From Acidobacteriota bacterium (lineage in GTDB: Bacteria > Acidobacteriota > Terriglobia > Terriglobales > SCQP01): a stretch of DNA of 64,000 bases. Each line of letters opens with the position of its first letter. Positions within the stretch are counted from its first letter, which is position 1. The stretch covers positions 129,237 to 193,236 of the forward strand of contig DAHVCP010000026.1 of assembly GCA_027314025.1 (NCBI GenBank), read 5' to 3'. Position numbers and translations under genes: made by a program. Shown in pieces: positions 43,895-53,498 of this stretch. The notes beneath the pieces are model-generated. The model worked only from the letters and a program-made list of their open reading frames with translations, did no database searches and was not told the origin of the DNA.

Positions 43895-44899
43895 CTAGAG
43901 TTCGATGAGGCGGCCGCGCTGGCAGAGGGACTGATCTGCGGCGGCGAGCATGCGGACTACTTCCAGGCCAGCTTCGCCGCCGTTGTGCGGGGCTTCGTCG
44001 CGCTCCAGGCAGTCGAGGAAGTAGTTGAGCTCGTTGGTGAGGGCCTCGCCGGGCTCGACGCGCGGCGCCCACATGTCGCCGGAGCGGTAGCTGACGAGGA
44101 GCTGGTAGATGCCCTGGCGGCTGCCGACGTCCACGCCCTTGTCGTAGACCTTGACCTTTTCATCGGCCTCGAGGTCATTCCAGACGACCATTTTTTTTTC
44201 GCCGCCGATCAGCGTGGTGCGGACCTTCACCGGGGAGAGCCAGTTGACGTTGATGTGGGCGATGACGTTGTCGGGATAGTAGGCGGTGAGGTAGGCGACG
44301 TCGGCGTGGCCGTTGAGATGGTGCTGGCCAGTGGCGACGACAGCCTGCGGCGGACGGCCGATCAAGTGGGCCATGATCGAGAGATCGTGGGGGGCCAGAT
44401 CCCAGAGGACGTTGACGTCATGCTGGAACAGGCCGAGGTTGACGCGGGTGGAGTCGTAGTAAAACAGCCGGCCGAGGGTGCCGTCGCGGAGCAGCTCGCT
44501 GATTTTGCGCACCGCGCCGGTGAACAAGAAGGTGTGGTCCACCATGATGTGGCGGCGCTGGCGCGCGGCCAGCTCGATCAGCTGCTGGCCCTGCTCGACG
44601 GTGGAGGTGAAGGGCTTTTCGACGAAGACGTGCTTGCCGGCCTCGAGCGCCGCCTGGGCCAGCTCGAAGTGAGTCCAGACCGGGGTGATGACCGCGACCA
44701 CGTCCACGTCGGGGGAGGCGATCAGCTCCGCGGCGTCGGAGAGCAGGCGGACGCCGGGGTTGTCCTGCGCGGCCCGGCGGCGCGCCTTTTCGCTGCCGTC
44801 GCAGATGGCGACGACGCGGGAACGGTCCAGCTTCTGCAAATTGCGGACCACGTTTGGTCCCCAATAGCCGTAGCCGATGATGCCAAATCCAATTTTCAC
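43895..44899 (-). CDS. Gfo/Idh/MocA-family NAD-dependent sugar oxidoreductase (WbpB-like)
   Basis: The GTG start at 44899 gives VKIGFGIIGYGYWG (Rossmann). Also KHVFVEKP. It contains an A9 tract (44191-44199). Confidence 0.75.
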   Translation of the reverse strand: MKIGFGIIGYGYWGPNVVRNLQKLDRSRVVAICDGSEKARRRAAQDNPGVRLLSDAAELIASPDVDVVAVITPVWTHFELAQAALEAGKHVFVEKPFTSTVEQGQQLIELAARQRRHIMVDHTFLFTGAVRKISELLRDGTLGRLFYYDSTRVNLGLFQHDVNVLWDLAPHDLSIMAHLIGRPPQAVVATGQHHLNGHADVAYLTAYYPDNVIAHINVNWLSPVKVRTTLIGGEKKMVVWNDLEADEKVKVYDKGVDVGSRQGIYQLLVSYRSGDMWAPRVEPGEALTNELNYFLDCLERDEAPHNGGEAGLEVVRMLAAADQSLCQRGRLIEL

Positions 44900-44990
44900 G
44901 ATATCTCGCTCCGACCCCCGGATGCGCACGCTTGCGCCGTGCCGCGCTGGCCACGATGGTGATTTGCCCGGGCGAACAGGGCTGGGGACT

Positions 44991-46040
44991 TCATGCCCGC
45001 TCCATTTCCGGTCCGCAGCCGGTCCCGGGGGGCAACTCCGGGCGGCCCTGGAGCCGCCAGAGGATGCCATCCACCCGGCGGCGGGCGGCCAGCTTGGCCC
45101 CCGGCAGCGCCACCTGCGCCCGCTTCACGGCGGCCGCGCCGAGCGGCTTTAGCCACGCATATTTCCAGGACGCCCGCGGCAGTCGCAGGTCAGCGCCCAG
45201 CTCACGCGCCAACGCTTGCGCCTGCTCCACCAGATCCATGCGGTCCGGATAGAACGCGCCCAGCCAGTTCTGCAAATACGTGCGGCAGGCGGCGCGGGCC
45301 CGCGGGCCATCGTCCAGCGAGCGGACGTAGCCGATGGTGAGCTGCATGGAGCGCCACTGCGCCTCCATCTTGCGTTCCGAGCGGCCGATATACGCCAGAC
45401 TGGCCGGGGCGATCCGATAATAGACCCTAGAGCCAGGGACGAAGCGCACGCCATCGCTGGCCAGCAGGACACGGGCGAAATACTCGCCGTCATCGTCGCC
45501 CAGCAGAGCGGTGTTCCAGGGGCCGGCCGCGGCGGTCAGCTCGCGGCTGACCAGCCAGCAAGCGGTCTGGAGGTAGGTGTTGTTCTCCAGCTTGCGGAGG
45601 ATCCATTCGGCCCGGTCCAGGTCTTGGTAGAGCGGGTTGGGGAGGAAACGGGCCGCGGCGGGGCGGTAGAGAAACCGGCCCCAAGCGCAGGAGAAGAGGG
45701 CGCGGGGATTTGCCAGGCGCTGGGCCTCCCGCATCTGGCGCTCGATTTTGTCGGGCGAAAGCAGGTCGTCGGCATCCAGCCACTGGACGTAGTCGCCCTG
45801 GCAGAGGGTGAACAGGCGGTTTCGGGTGGCGGCGGCGCCCTGGTTTTCCTGCGTGAGGATGCGGACGCCGCGGGGCTCGAAGCCGCGGGCGAGGGCGAGG
45901 GTGCCGTCGCGCGAGCCGTCGTCAAGGACGATGATTTCCTTGCGCGGCCAGATCTGGGCAAGAGCCGACTCCAGCGTGGCCGGGAGCCATTCACCCGCGT
46001 TGTAGGCAGGAATGAGGATGGAAACCAGAGGCTGGCTCAT
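44991..46040 (-). CDS. GT2 glycosyltransferase
   Basis: Motifs are [23 protein letters not shown] and VQWLDADD. Confidence 0.85.
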   Translation of the reverse strand: MSQPLVSILIPAYNAGEWLPATLESALAQIWPRKEIIVLDDGSRDGTLALARGFEPRGVRILTQENQGAAATRNRLFTLCQGDYVQWLDADDLLSPDKIERQMREAQRLANPRALFSCAWGRFLYRPAAARFLPNPLYQDLDRAEWILRKLENNTYLQTACWLVSRELTAAAGPWNTALLGDDDGEYFARVLLASDGVRFVPGSRVYYRIAPASLAYIGRSERKMEAQWRSMQLTIGYVRSLDDGPRARAACRTYLQNWLGAFYPDRMDLVEQAQALARELGADLRLPRASWKYAWLKPLGAAAVKRAQVALPGAKLAARRRVDGILWRLQGRPELPPGTGCGPEMERA

Positions 46041-47023
46041 GCGCGGCCTCCGAGGGCGGCGGCGACCGGGGCGGCGGCGGCCAACTCCGCGCGGAAAAAG
46101 GCGATGGTCCGCTCCAGGCCGTCGCGGGCGGCTACCTGGGGGGTCCAGCCGAGCAGACGCTGGGCGCGGCGAATGTCCGGGCAGCGGCGCTTAGGGTCGT
46201 CTTCCGGCAGCGGGCGGCGGACGATGCGGCTGCGGCCGCCAGCTAGCTCAAGGACCAGGCGGGCGATGGCCTCGACGGTCATCTCCACGGGGTTGCCGAG
46301 GTTGATTGGGCCGGACGCGCCGGGCGCCTCGGGCGCCTGCTCCAGGACCGCGATAATTCCGGCGACCAGGTCGCTGACATAACAGAGGCTGCGGGTCTGG
46401 CTGCCGTCGCCGTAGACGGTGAGGTCTTCCCCGCTGAGGGCCTGGACGATGAAGTTGGAGACGACGCGGCCGTCGTTGGGCCGCATGCGGGGGCCATAGG
46501 TATTGAAAATGCGCACGACGCGGGTGTCCACGGCCTGGCTGCGGCGGTAGGCGAAGGTGATGGCCTCGGCGAAGCGCTTGGCTTCGTCGTAGACCGAGCG
46601 CGGGCCGATGGGGTTCACCTGGCCCCAATACGATTCCGGCTGGGGGCTGACCTCGGGATCGCCGTAGACCTCCGAGGTGCTGGCGAGGAGGAATCGCGCT
46701 TGTTTTTGCCGCGCCAGCTCGAGGGCGTTCTCGGTGCCGCGGCTGCCGACGCGAAGGGTAGCGAGGGGATGGCGGAGGTAATCCACGGGGCTGGCGGGGG
46801 AGGCGAAATGGAGGACTGCGTCCACGGGTCCGATGACGTCGCAGCGCTCGCTGACGTCCACCTGCTCGAAGGCAAAGCCGGACTGGCGGGAGAGCGCGGA
46901 GACGTTCTCGGCGCGGCCACTCAGCAAGTTGTCCAGGCAGTGGACCTGGTGGCCAGCGGCGAGCAGGCGCTCACAGAGATGGCTGCCGACAAACCCCGCT
47001 CCGCCGGTGACGACGACTCGCAT
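46037..47023 (-). CDS. uxs: UDP-glucuronate decarboxylase (UDP-xylose synthase)
   Basis: Motifs are [45 protein letters not shown] and [10 protein letters not shown]...DGRVVSNFI. Confidence 0.8.
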   Translation of the reverse strand: MRVVVTGGAGFVGSHLCERLLAAGHQVHCLDNLLSGRAENVSALSRQSGFAFEQVDVSERCDVIGPVDAVLHFASPASPVDYLRHPLATLRVGSRGTENALELARQKQARFLLASTSEVYGDPEVSPQPESYWGQVNPIGPRSVYDEAKRFAEAITFAYRRSQAVDTRVVRIFNTYGPRMRPNDGRVVSNFIVQALSGEDLTVYGDGSQTRSLCYVSDLVAGIIAVLEQAPEAPGASGPINLGNPVEMTVEAIARLVLELAGGRSRIVRRPLPEDDPKRRCPDIRRAQRLLGWTPQVAARDGLERTIAFFRAELAAAAPVAAALGGRA

Positions 47024-47035
47024 AGGATTCCTTGG

Positions 47036-48517
47036 TTAGCGAACGGCCTCGGCGAGCGCGGCCCGAGGATGGGCCGGGGCGGCGGCTTGAACGGGTGCGG
47101 CCGTCGGCGCGGCCGTCGTTGCGACCCCTGAGATGGCTGTACTTGGCGCCGCCTTCCTTGACGCGGCCGCTTTGGCGGCTTTGCCGATGCCGACGCATTG
47201 GATGCCGTGGGCGGCGAGGCCGGCGGCGGGAAGGGCGTTGCGGCCGTCGAAGATCAGCGGGCGGGCCATGGCGGCGGCGACGCGGGCCCAATCCAGATGC
47301 TGGAACTCCTTCCATTCGGTCAGGAGCAGGGCGGCGTCAGTCTGCTCGGCCGCCGCGTAGGCGTCAGCATGAAGGTGGATGGCGGGCAGCTCGCGCTGGG
47401 CCTTTTCCATGGCCTGCGGGTCGTAGGCATGGACTTCCGCGCCCTCGGCCAGCAACTGGCGGACGATGGCGATGGCGGGGGCGAAACGGACGTCGTCGGT
47501 CTCCGGCTTGAACGCCAGGCCCCAGACGGCGATCTTTTTGCCGGAGAGCGTCCACAGCTCGTCACGAAGCCGTGCGATGAAGCGGTCCACGCGGGCGAGG
47601 TTGATGGCCTCGACCTGCTTGAGGAGCCCGAAGTCGCAGCCGAAGTTCTCGGCGATTCGCACGAAGGCCTGAAGGTCCTTGGGGAAGCAGAAGCCGCCGA
47701 AGCCGATGCCGGGGCGCAGGAATGCGGCGCCGATGCGGCGGTCGCCGCCGATGCCCTGGACGACGCTGTCCACGTCCGCGCCAGCGGCTTCGCAGAGGTC
47801 CGAGACCATGTTGATGTAGGAGATCTTCATGGCCAAGAAGGAATTGGACGCGTGCTTGATGAGTTCCGCGCTGTTTGTGTCGGTGACGATGAAGGCGGCC
47901 CGGGCGCGGCCCGGCGGGCAGGCGGCGTGGACGGGGCAGGCGAAGGACTGCTCAAGCACGGGGCGGTAGATTTCCTCCATCAGGCGGCGGGCGCGGTCGG
48001 ATTCGGCGCCGACGACGATGCGGTCGGGGTGGAAGAAGTCCTCGACGGCGGAGCCTTCGCGCAGGAACTCGGGGTTGGAGACAACGTCGTATTCCAGGCT
48101 GCCGCGGCCGTAGATTTCCAGGTGGCGGCGGAGGCGCTGGCCGGTTTGGACGGGGACGGTGCTTTTCTCGACGATGAGGCGGTAGCCCTGGGCGTGGCGG
48201 GCGATCTCGCGGGCGACGGACTCGATGGCGGAAAGGTCGGCATCGCCGGTGGCGAGGGGCGGAGTGCCGACGCAGATGAACAGAGCGTCGCCGTGCTCGA
48301 AGGCTTGGCCCGCGTCCACGAAACGCAGGCGGCCGTTGGCGCGGGCGGTTGAGACGATGCCGTCCAGGCCGGGCTCGTAAAACGGCATGCGACCGGATTC
48401 CAAGACGACAAGCTTGCCGCGGTCACTGTCGGTGCAGCGCACGTCGTGCCCGATGTGCGCCAGGCAGGCTGCGGTGGTCAGCCCAACATAACCCGCTCCG
48501 ATGACGCTGATCTTCAT
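47036..48517 (-). CDS. ugd: UDP-glucose 6-dehydrogenase
   Basis: The start was reset to [12 protein letters not shown] at 48517. Motifs are [14 protein letters not shown] and [10 protein letters not shown]. There is an Ala/Pro-rich C-terminal tail. Confidence 0.8.
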   Translation of the reverse strand: MKISVIGAGYVGLTTAACLAHIGHDVRCTDSDRGKLVVLESGRMPFYEPGLDGIVSTARANGRLRFVDAGQAFEHGDALFICVGTPPLATGDADLSAIESVAREIARHAQGYRLIVEKSTVPVQTGQRLRRHLEIYGRGSLEYDVVSNPEFLREGSAVEDFFHPDRIVVGAESDRARRLMEEIYRPVLEQSFACPVHAACPPGRARAAFIVTDTNSAELIKHASNSFLAMKISYINMVSDLCEAAGADVDSVVQGIGGDRRIGAAFLRPGIGFGGFCFPKDLQAFVRIAENFGCDFGLLKQVEAINLARVDRFIARLRDELWTLSGKKIAVWGLAFKPETDDVRFAPAIAIVRQLLAEGAEVHAYDPQAMEKAQRELPAIHLHADAYAAAEQTDAALLLTEWKEFQHLDWARVAAAMARPLIFDGRNALPAAGLAAHGIQCVGIGKAAKAAASRKAAPSTAISGVATTAAPTAAPVQAAAPAHPRAALAEAVR

Positions 48518-48587
48518 GGCGATTTTCCTTCCGGTTTGCTGCTCGTTATGTTTTGAATCGCGCGCCGCGATCTTCCCGTGCGGCGGC

Positions 48588-49730
48588 TTAGTAGGCGCCG
48601 CTGCCGAAGAAGACGGCGCCGGGGGTGCGGAGCAGAATCTTGAGATCCAGCCACAGCGACCAGCCGCGGACGTAGCGCAGGTCGAGGCGGACCATGTCAT
48701 CGAAGGCGGTGCGGCTGCGGCCCTCGACCTGCCAGAGGCCGGTGATGCCGGGCTTGGCTTCGAAGATGCGGCGGCGGTGCCAGGTTTGGTAGCTGGCGGC
48801 TTCATAGGCGATGGGCGGGCGCGGCCCGACCAGGGACATGTCGCCGCGGAGGACGTTCCAGAACTGCGGGACCTCATCCAAGCTGGTCGTCCGCAGCCAG
48901 CGGCCGACGCGGGTGACGCGGGGATCGTTTTGGATTTTGAAGACCTTGGGGCCGCCGTTGCGCGCCGGCTGGGCGGCGGCGGGGGCCTGGCCGGCGATGA
49001 ACTGCTTGACGAACTCCTCATGCACGCGGGAGTCGCTGGCGACGTGCATGGAGCGGAACTTGAGCAGGGTGAAGGGGACGCCGAAGCGGCCCAGGCGGCG
49101 CTGGCGGTAGAAGACCGGGCCGGGCGAGGTGAACTTGATGGCAAGCGCGGCCAGGGCAAAGACGGGCGAGAGCAGGGCCAGGGCGGCGAGGCTGCCGGCG
49201 ATGTCCATGCCGCGCTTCATGGCGCGGGCCAGACGGCGGCCGGCGCGGCGGGGCTCGAGGTCGGGATAGAGGGCGGGTTCGGGGGGCAGGGCCTCGGCGC
49301 CAGGGGTTTCCGGGAACCAATGGAAGGCGAACTCGACCTTGGCCCACTGCGCCGCGTTGAGGCAGCCGCCCCAGGCGGCCTTGACCCGCTCCCGCACCGC
49401 GGTGCGGAGGGCGGCGGGATCGGCGCCGTCAATGTCGGTGTAGACCAGGCCCAAGAGGCGGCCGGTTTCATACCAGCCGCAGAAATCGGTTTCCCGCTTG
49501 ATGGCGGCCAGCGCCGCGCCGAGCTGGTCGCAGTCCCCGGGCGCGAGGTACAGCCCTTCGTCCGCGAGGGCGATCAAGGTCAGCAGAAAGGAGCGGCCGC
49601 TGCGCTCGGCGCGCTTGCGCTCCAAGCAGAGCATGGGCACGAAGGCGGATTCCGGCAGGGCCACTGCGGTGCGTCCGGGCGCCGAGAACTGGCTATCGCT
49701 TGGCGGCAGCATTTGTTCCATGGTGGACAT
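48588..49730 (-). CDS. Priming sugar-phosphate transferase (bacterial sugar transferase / WbaP-EpsL type) with an extra roughly 160-aa N-terminal domain
   Basis: Motifs are SPGPVFYRQRRLGRFG, KFRSM and DPRVTRVGRWLRTTSLDEVPQFWNVLRGDMSLVGPRP. The N-terminal domain was not recognised. Confidence 0.85.
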   Translation of the reverse strand: MSTMEQMLPPSDSQFSAPGRTAVALPESAFVPMLCLERKRAERSGRSFLLTLIALADEGLYLAPGDCDQLGAALAAIKRETDFCGWYETGRLLGLVYTDIDGADPAALRTAVRERVKAAWGGCLNAAQWAKVEFAFHWFPETPGAEALPPEPALYPDLEPRRAGRRLARAMKRGMDIAGSLAALALLSPVFALAALAIKFTSPGPVFYRQRRLGRFGVPFTLLKFRSMHVASDSRVHEEFVKQFIAGQAPAAAQPARNGGPKVFKIQNDPRVTRVGRWLRTTSLDEVPQFWNVLRGDMSLVGPRPPIAYEAASYQTWHRRRIFEAKPGITGLWQVEGRSRTAFDDMVRLDLRYVRGWSLWLDLKILLRTPGAVFFGSGAY

Positions 49731-50205
49731 GTGACTCCCCTCTCATTGCTCCAGCAGGCTGCCGGCGGCCGCGGGCGCGGCTGGGCAGCGTGATCGGCGC
49801 AGTGGCTTCATTCGACGGCGAGCTTAGCGAGCCGTCGGCGGCCACCGCGCGAACCACGTAGTAGTAGGTGTGATCGCGCTGGACGGCGCGGTCTTCATAA
49901 CAGGTTGCGGGAATGGGCGTCGGGTTGAGCAGCTGCTTGGCGCCGGTGGGCGATTCCGCCCGGTAGACGTTGTAGCCCATCAAATTTGGCGAGTGACTGG
50001 GTTGCCAGGTCAGCTCGACATGGGGCTTGGACGGATGCGCCGAGGGAGCCGGCTGGGTTCCGGGCGCGGGGCAGGGCGGATGGGCCGGGGCCGCGGCAAC
50101 GGCCGGTCGCGGCGAAGCGCCGGGGTTATCCGCGCGGAGATTGGCTGATCCAGTCATAGTCATGAGCACCACACCCACGCACGCCCATTGGCACCGGTTC
50201 CGCAT
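49693..50205 (-). CDS. Small fibronectin type III-like domain protein, paralogue of the 4942-5328 product
   Basis: VELTWQPS...GYNVYRA...YYYVVRAVAADGSLSSPSNEATA is the same pattern as 4942-5328. The signal peptide is weak and the start is uncertain. The 3' end overlaps the next gene by 38 nt. Confidence 0.5.
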   Translation of the reverse strand: MRNRCQWACVGVVLMTMTGSANLRADNPGASPRPAVAAAPAHPPCPAPGTQPAPSAHPSKPHVELTWQPSHSPNLMGYNVYRAESPTGAKQLLNPTPIPATCYEDRAVQRDHTYYYVVRAVAADGSLSSPSNEATAPITLPSRARGRRQPAGAMRGESHVHHGTNAAAKR

Positions 50206-50218
50206 CGCGCCGCGCGCC

Positions 50219-50821
50219 TCAGCGGCCTCCCGCGGCGCCCGCCGCGAAGAGCGGCGCGGGCGTTGGCGCCGGCGCCGGCAGGGGCTCGACATCGCAGGCC
50301 TCGACGTGCAGGGCGACGGAGCGCTGAATCATGTCCACGGAGACGATCAGGCGGCTCTGCCCATGCTTGCGCAGCAGCACGCCCTCGAGATCCGCCAGGG
50401 GGCCGCGGCGCACGCGCACGCGGCTGCCGACGGCGAGATAAGGATGCGGTTCGGCGAGAACGCCAGAGGCCAGGCGATCGCGCAGGGTCAGGAGCTGCTC
50501 CTCGGGCACCGGCAGGGGCCGGCCGGCCGAGGCGACCAGATACGCTACGCCGGGCACGGTCAAGACCTGGAGGCGCTGCTCAAGCGGGATGCGGACGAAG
50601 ACATAGCCGGGGAACAAGGGGAGGTCCACCTCCGCCATGCGGCTTTGCCAGCGCCGCACCGTGTGGCCGAGGGGCAGGAAGAACTCCACGCCCTTGCCGC
50701 GCAGCTGTTCCGCCACCATTTTTTCGTGCCGGGAGCGGGTGCAGGCGGCAAACCACTGCGCCGCCGCCATATCCGATCCCCACGCTGGGTTGGTTGCCAT
50801 CGCCATGTTTTGTGTCGCCAT
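50219..50821 (-). CDS. NusG paralogue (RfaH/UpxY-like operon-specific antiterminator)
   Basis: The NGN region is WFAACTRSRHEKMV...LPLFPGYVFVR and the KOW region is GSRVRVRRGPLADLEGVLL. The true start may be the ATG at 50770. Confidence 0.75.
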   Translation of the reverse strand: MATQNMAMATNPAWGSDMAAAQWFAACTRSRHEKMVAEQLRGKGVEFFLPLGHTVRRWQSRMAEVDLPLFPGYVFVRIPLEQRLQVLTVPGVAYLVASAGRPLPVPEEQLLTLRDRLASGVLAEPHPYLAVGSRVRVRRGPLADLEGVLLRKHGQSRLIVSVDMIQRSVALHVEACDVEPLPAPAPTPAPLFAAGAAGGR

Positions 50822-50978
50822 ATATAGCTCCGCCCTGTCACTTCAGCGGCCTAGTGACCCTCACCGCGGCGGTGGCGCCCAACCGCGGCGCTCCGCCAAA
50901 ATTTGTCGGGACCGGCGGCTTATGCCGCCACGGAACGACGAGTGGCGCAACCCCGCCCGTTCGTTCCCCTCCCGGCGA

Positions 50979-51024
50979 GCGATCCCGTGCCCGGCGCACA
51001 CCGCGCGCCGGACGGCGGGATCGC
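50979..51024. other. Strong 16-bp two-tier hairpin in the leader upstream of the NusG-paralogue gene
   Basis: GCGATCCCG (50979-50987) pairs with CGGGATCGC (51016-51024), and CCGGCGC (50991-50997) pairs with GCGCCGG (51005-51011). There is no U-tract on either strand. Confidence 0.5.
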
Positions 51025-51141
51025 CCGCTTACAGCCCGTACACCTTCTCGCTCCGCATCGCGCCGAGCGCGTTGCGGGTGTCCACGATGCGCGGCGCCAG
51101 CGCCGCTGCACTCGGGACCTGCAAAACCTTGCGGCGAGGAC

Positions 51142-51930
51142 TCATCGCGTGCCGTCCTCTTGGTAGCGCGGCGCGTAGTAGCCGTAGGCGTAGTCGTGCC
51201 GCGTGACGCGCTCGACGCCGTTCAGGACGACACCAAGCAATTTGGGTTCCAGCAGCGCCGCCGACTGCCGCGCCAGCGGATAGGGGGCGACGCCGGCGCG
51301 GACCACCAGGATGGCGGCGTCCACCAGGCGCACCAGGACCTGGGTGTCGGCGATGGGGCTAAGCGGCGCGGAATCCACGACGACCAGGTCGTAGGCGGCG
51401 GCGGCTTCCTCCATCAGGTCCTTCATGCGGCGGCGGTTGAGCAGCTCCACCGACTGCTCCGCCGCGGGGCGGCAGGGCAGGTAATCCAGGCGGGGATGCA
51501 GCGGAATGACGGCCTGCGACCAGCGCGGGCCGCCGGCCAGCAGGTCGCCCAGGCCGAGCTCGACGGAGCGGCCGAAGACGTGGTGCAGGCTGGGGCGGCG
51601 CAGGTCGGCGTCCACCAGCAGGACGCGCTTATCCTCCAGCTGGCTGAGGCTGAGGGCCAGGTTGGCGGAGAGCAGCGTCTTGCCCTCGCCGACGACGGAA
51701 CTGGTGACCAGGAAGCGGCGCAGGTCGCGGTCGCGCGCGGCCTCGACGACGCGGGTGCGCAGCACGCGCAGCTGCTCCCAGGCGGTGAGGCGGGGAACGG
51801 TGGCACCGGGGGCGGCGGGCAGGGCCAAAAGCTTGTCCTGCTGCCGCGCGGGGGCCAGCTGGAGTTCCGGCGCCAGCGCCTCGTCGCCGTTGGCGGGGAT
51901 CAAGCCCAGGCTGTTGATTTCCGGTTTCAT
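51142..51930 (-). CDS. Polysaccharide co-polymerase tyrosine autokinase / ATPase domain protein (Wzc C-terminal, CpsD/CapB-like)
   Basis: Walker A is VVGEGKT, Walker A' is LLVDADLRRP and Walker B is VVVDSAP. The C-terminal tail is Tyr-rich (YAYGYYAPRY). The start was set at MKPEINS (51930). Confidence 0.75.
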   Translation of the reverse strand: MKPEINSLGLIPANGDEALAPELQLAPARQQDKLLALPAAPGATVPRLTAWEQLRVLRTRVVEAARDRDLRRFLVTSSVVGEGKTLLSANLALSLSQLEDKRVLLVDADLRRPSLHHVFGRSVELGLGDLLAGGPRWSQAVIPLHPRLDYLPCRPAAEQSVELLNRRRMKDLMEEAAAAYDLVVVDSAPLSPIADTQVLVRLVDAAILVVRAGVAPYPLARQSAALLEPKLLGVVLNGVERVTRHDYAYGYYAPRYQEDGTR

Positions 51931-51935
51931 GGCGG

Positions 51936-53498
51936 CTACCAACCCATCCGGGCCAGCCATGTGGCCCCGTGCAAATACGCCACCATCGCGGCGCCGGCGA
52001 CCAGCGCCAGCGCCAGGGCGCCGATCAGCATTTGGCGGTGCAGCTGCCGCCGCCGCTCCGGCGCGGCGAGCACCAGCGGCACCTGGGCCAGCACCGGGGT
52101 CCCCAGGTAATACTCGACGTCGCGCTCGTTGCGCACGACCGGATCCGCATACTCCCGCGCCAGGCCCAGGCCCACGCCGACCAGCAGGCCGAAGACCACG
52201 GCCAGCAGGCTGAGCTTGGCGACGGCCGGCTTATCGGGGCGCTGCGGCAGGCTGGGCGGGTCCACGACGCGAAACTCCTCGCCGTCGGCCTGCGCCTCCA
52301 TGGCCGCGGCCATCTGCGCGGCGTCGCGCTTCTTGAGCAGCGATTCGTAGTTGTCGGTGGCGATCTTGTAATTGCGCTCGACCGCCGCCAGCCGCTCCTG
52401 GACGGCGGGGGCCATGGCCACGCGGGCCCGCAGCTGGGCGATGTTGGCGGAGATGCGCCGCTGCTGCCGCTGCTGCCAGCGCGCGTCCTGATCGAGGGTC
52501 GCCAACTCGCCGCGGATTTGCTGTTCGGACATGCCCGCCGGACCGGGGGCGGTCTTGGGCGCCGGGTCGGCGGCCAGCGCCTTGCTGAGCGCGCCGATCT
52601 CACGCTTCAGCCGCTGGACATCGGGATTGGCGGGCGTGTCCACCTGCTCATCCATGGCCAGCTTCACCTTGTCGGCCTGGAGCTGCGCGTCCAGCGGGGA
52701 GGTGGGCGCGGCGGTGGCCAGCGCCGGGGCGTTTTGCAGCGCGGCCAACAGCGACTGCAAGTAGGTCTTCTGCTGCTGGTCCCGCGCGGCTTGCTGCTCG
52801 GCCGCCTCCAGCGCGGTCTGCTCGGAGCCCAACTGCTGCAAGTTGCTGGCTTCCTGCTCCGGCAGCGCGCCCATGTACTGCTTCTCGAGCGCCTCTTGCT
52901 GCGCCGACTCGCGCTGCAGGCGGCGCTTCGCGCGCTGCAACTCCGAATTGATGAACTGCACCGTGCCCTGCGCCTGCTGCTGGCGCACGGCCAGATTCTC
53001 CGTGATGAACAGGCCGGCGAGATCCTGCGTGACCTCCTGCGCCTGGCGCGGCGTGGTGCCTTGGTAGGCGATCTGGAAGGCGCCGCCGTTGCGGGTCTGG
53101 TTGGGGTCGTTCGGATCGGTGATGTTCTTGACGGTGATGTCCTGGCGCATCCGCGCCGCCAGCTGCCGCTCGGTGAGCACGCCGTTGAGCTTGGGGTAGA
53201 GGCCGTATTTGTGGATGATCGCCAACAGGTGCGTGCGGCTGAGGATCTCCTCGCTGATCTCCTGAAGCAGTTCGTCGGTGTTCTCGTTGACGGTCGACTG
53301 CACGAAACTGGTCGGAACCTTCTGCGCCTCGACCAGGATCATGGTTTCCGACTGGTAGAGCTTGGGCAGGTGGCGGATGGCCATGATGCCGCCGCCGGCG
53401 ATCAGCAGCGCCGGAAGCACCACCCACGGCCAGCGGCGGCGCACGATGTCTCGGTAGTCGGCCAGCCCGCTGGGCGGCCGGTGGCGGATGGCGTTCAC
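51936..53498 (-). CDS. Polysaccharide chain-length determinant (Wzz/GumC, PCP family)
   Basis: An N-terminal TM segment is followed by YQSETMILVE. There is a long coiled-coil Q/A/L-rich periplasmic region and a C-terminal TM segment. Confidence 0.75.
   Translation of the reverse strand: MNAIRHRPPSGLADYRDIVRRRWPWVVLPALLIAGGGIMAIRHLPKLYQSETMILVEAQKVPTSFVQSTVNENTDELLQEISEEILSRTHLLAIIHKYGLYPKLNGVLTERQLAARMRQDITVKNITDPNDPNQTRNGGAFQIAYQGTTPRQAQEVTQDLAGLFITENLAVRQQQAQGTVQFINSELQRAKRRLQRESAQQEALEKQYMGALPEQEASNLQQLGSEQTALEAAEQQAARDQQQKTYLQSLLAALQNAPALATAAPTSPLDAQLQADKVKLAMDEQVDTPANPDVQRLKREIGALSKALAADPAPKTAPGPAGMSEQQIRGELATLDQDARWQQRQQRRISANIAQLRARVAMAPAVQERLAAVERNYKIATDNYESLLKKRDAAQMAAAMEAQADGEEFRVVDPPSLPQRPDKPAVAKLSLLAVVFGLLVGVGLGLAREYADPVVRNERDVEYYLGTPVLAQVPLVLAAPERRRQLHRQMLIGALALALVAGAAMVAYLHGATWLARMGW

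Noticed and set aside
41589-43898. Very long plus-strand ORF (769 aa). Similar ones are at 1-1206, 2029-3006, 9533-10771, 17355-18410, 18217-19617, 24407-25666, 26400-27995, 35822-36496, 47198-48352, 48501-49793, 50188-52110 and 51969-53570.
   Set aside because: All are antisense or out of frame to minus-strand ORFs with clear family motifs. Their translations are Gly/Ala/Arg/Asp/Pro-rich low-complexity strings with no recognisable motifs. Long spurious ORFs are expected in high-GC DNA because stop codons are rare.
50189-50203. TGGCAC-CGGTT-CCGC, a sigma-54-like match on the plus strand
   Set aside because: It lies inside or between minus-strand coding sequences with no plus-strand gene downstream. 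The -12 element lacks TT. It is treated as a chance hit and illustrates the background rate of such motifs.
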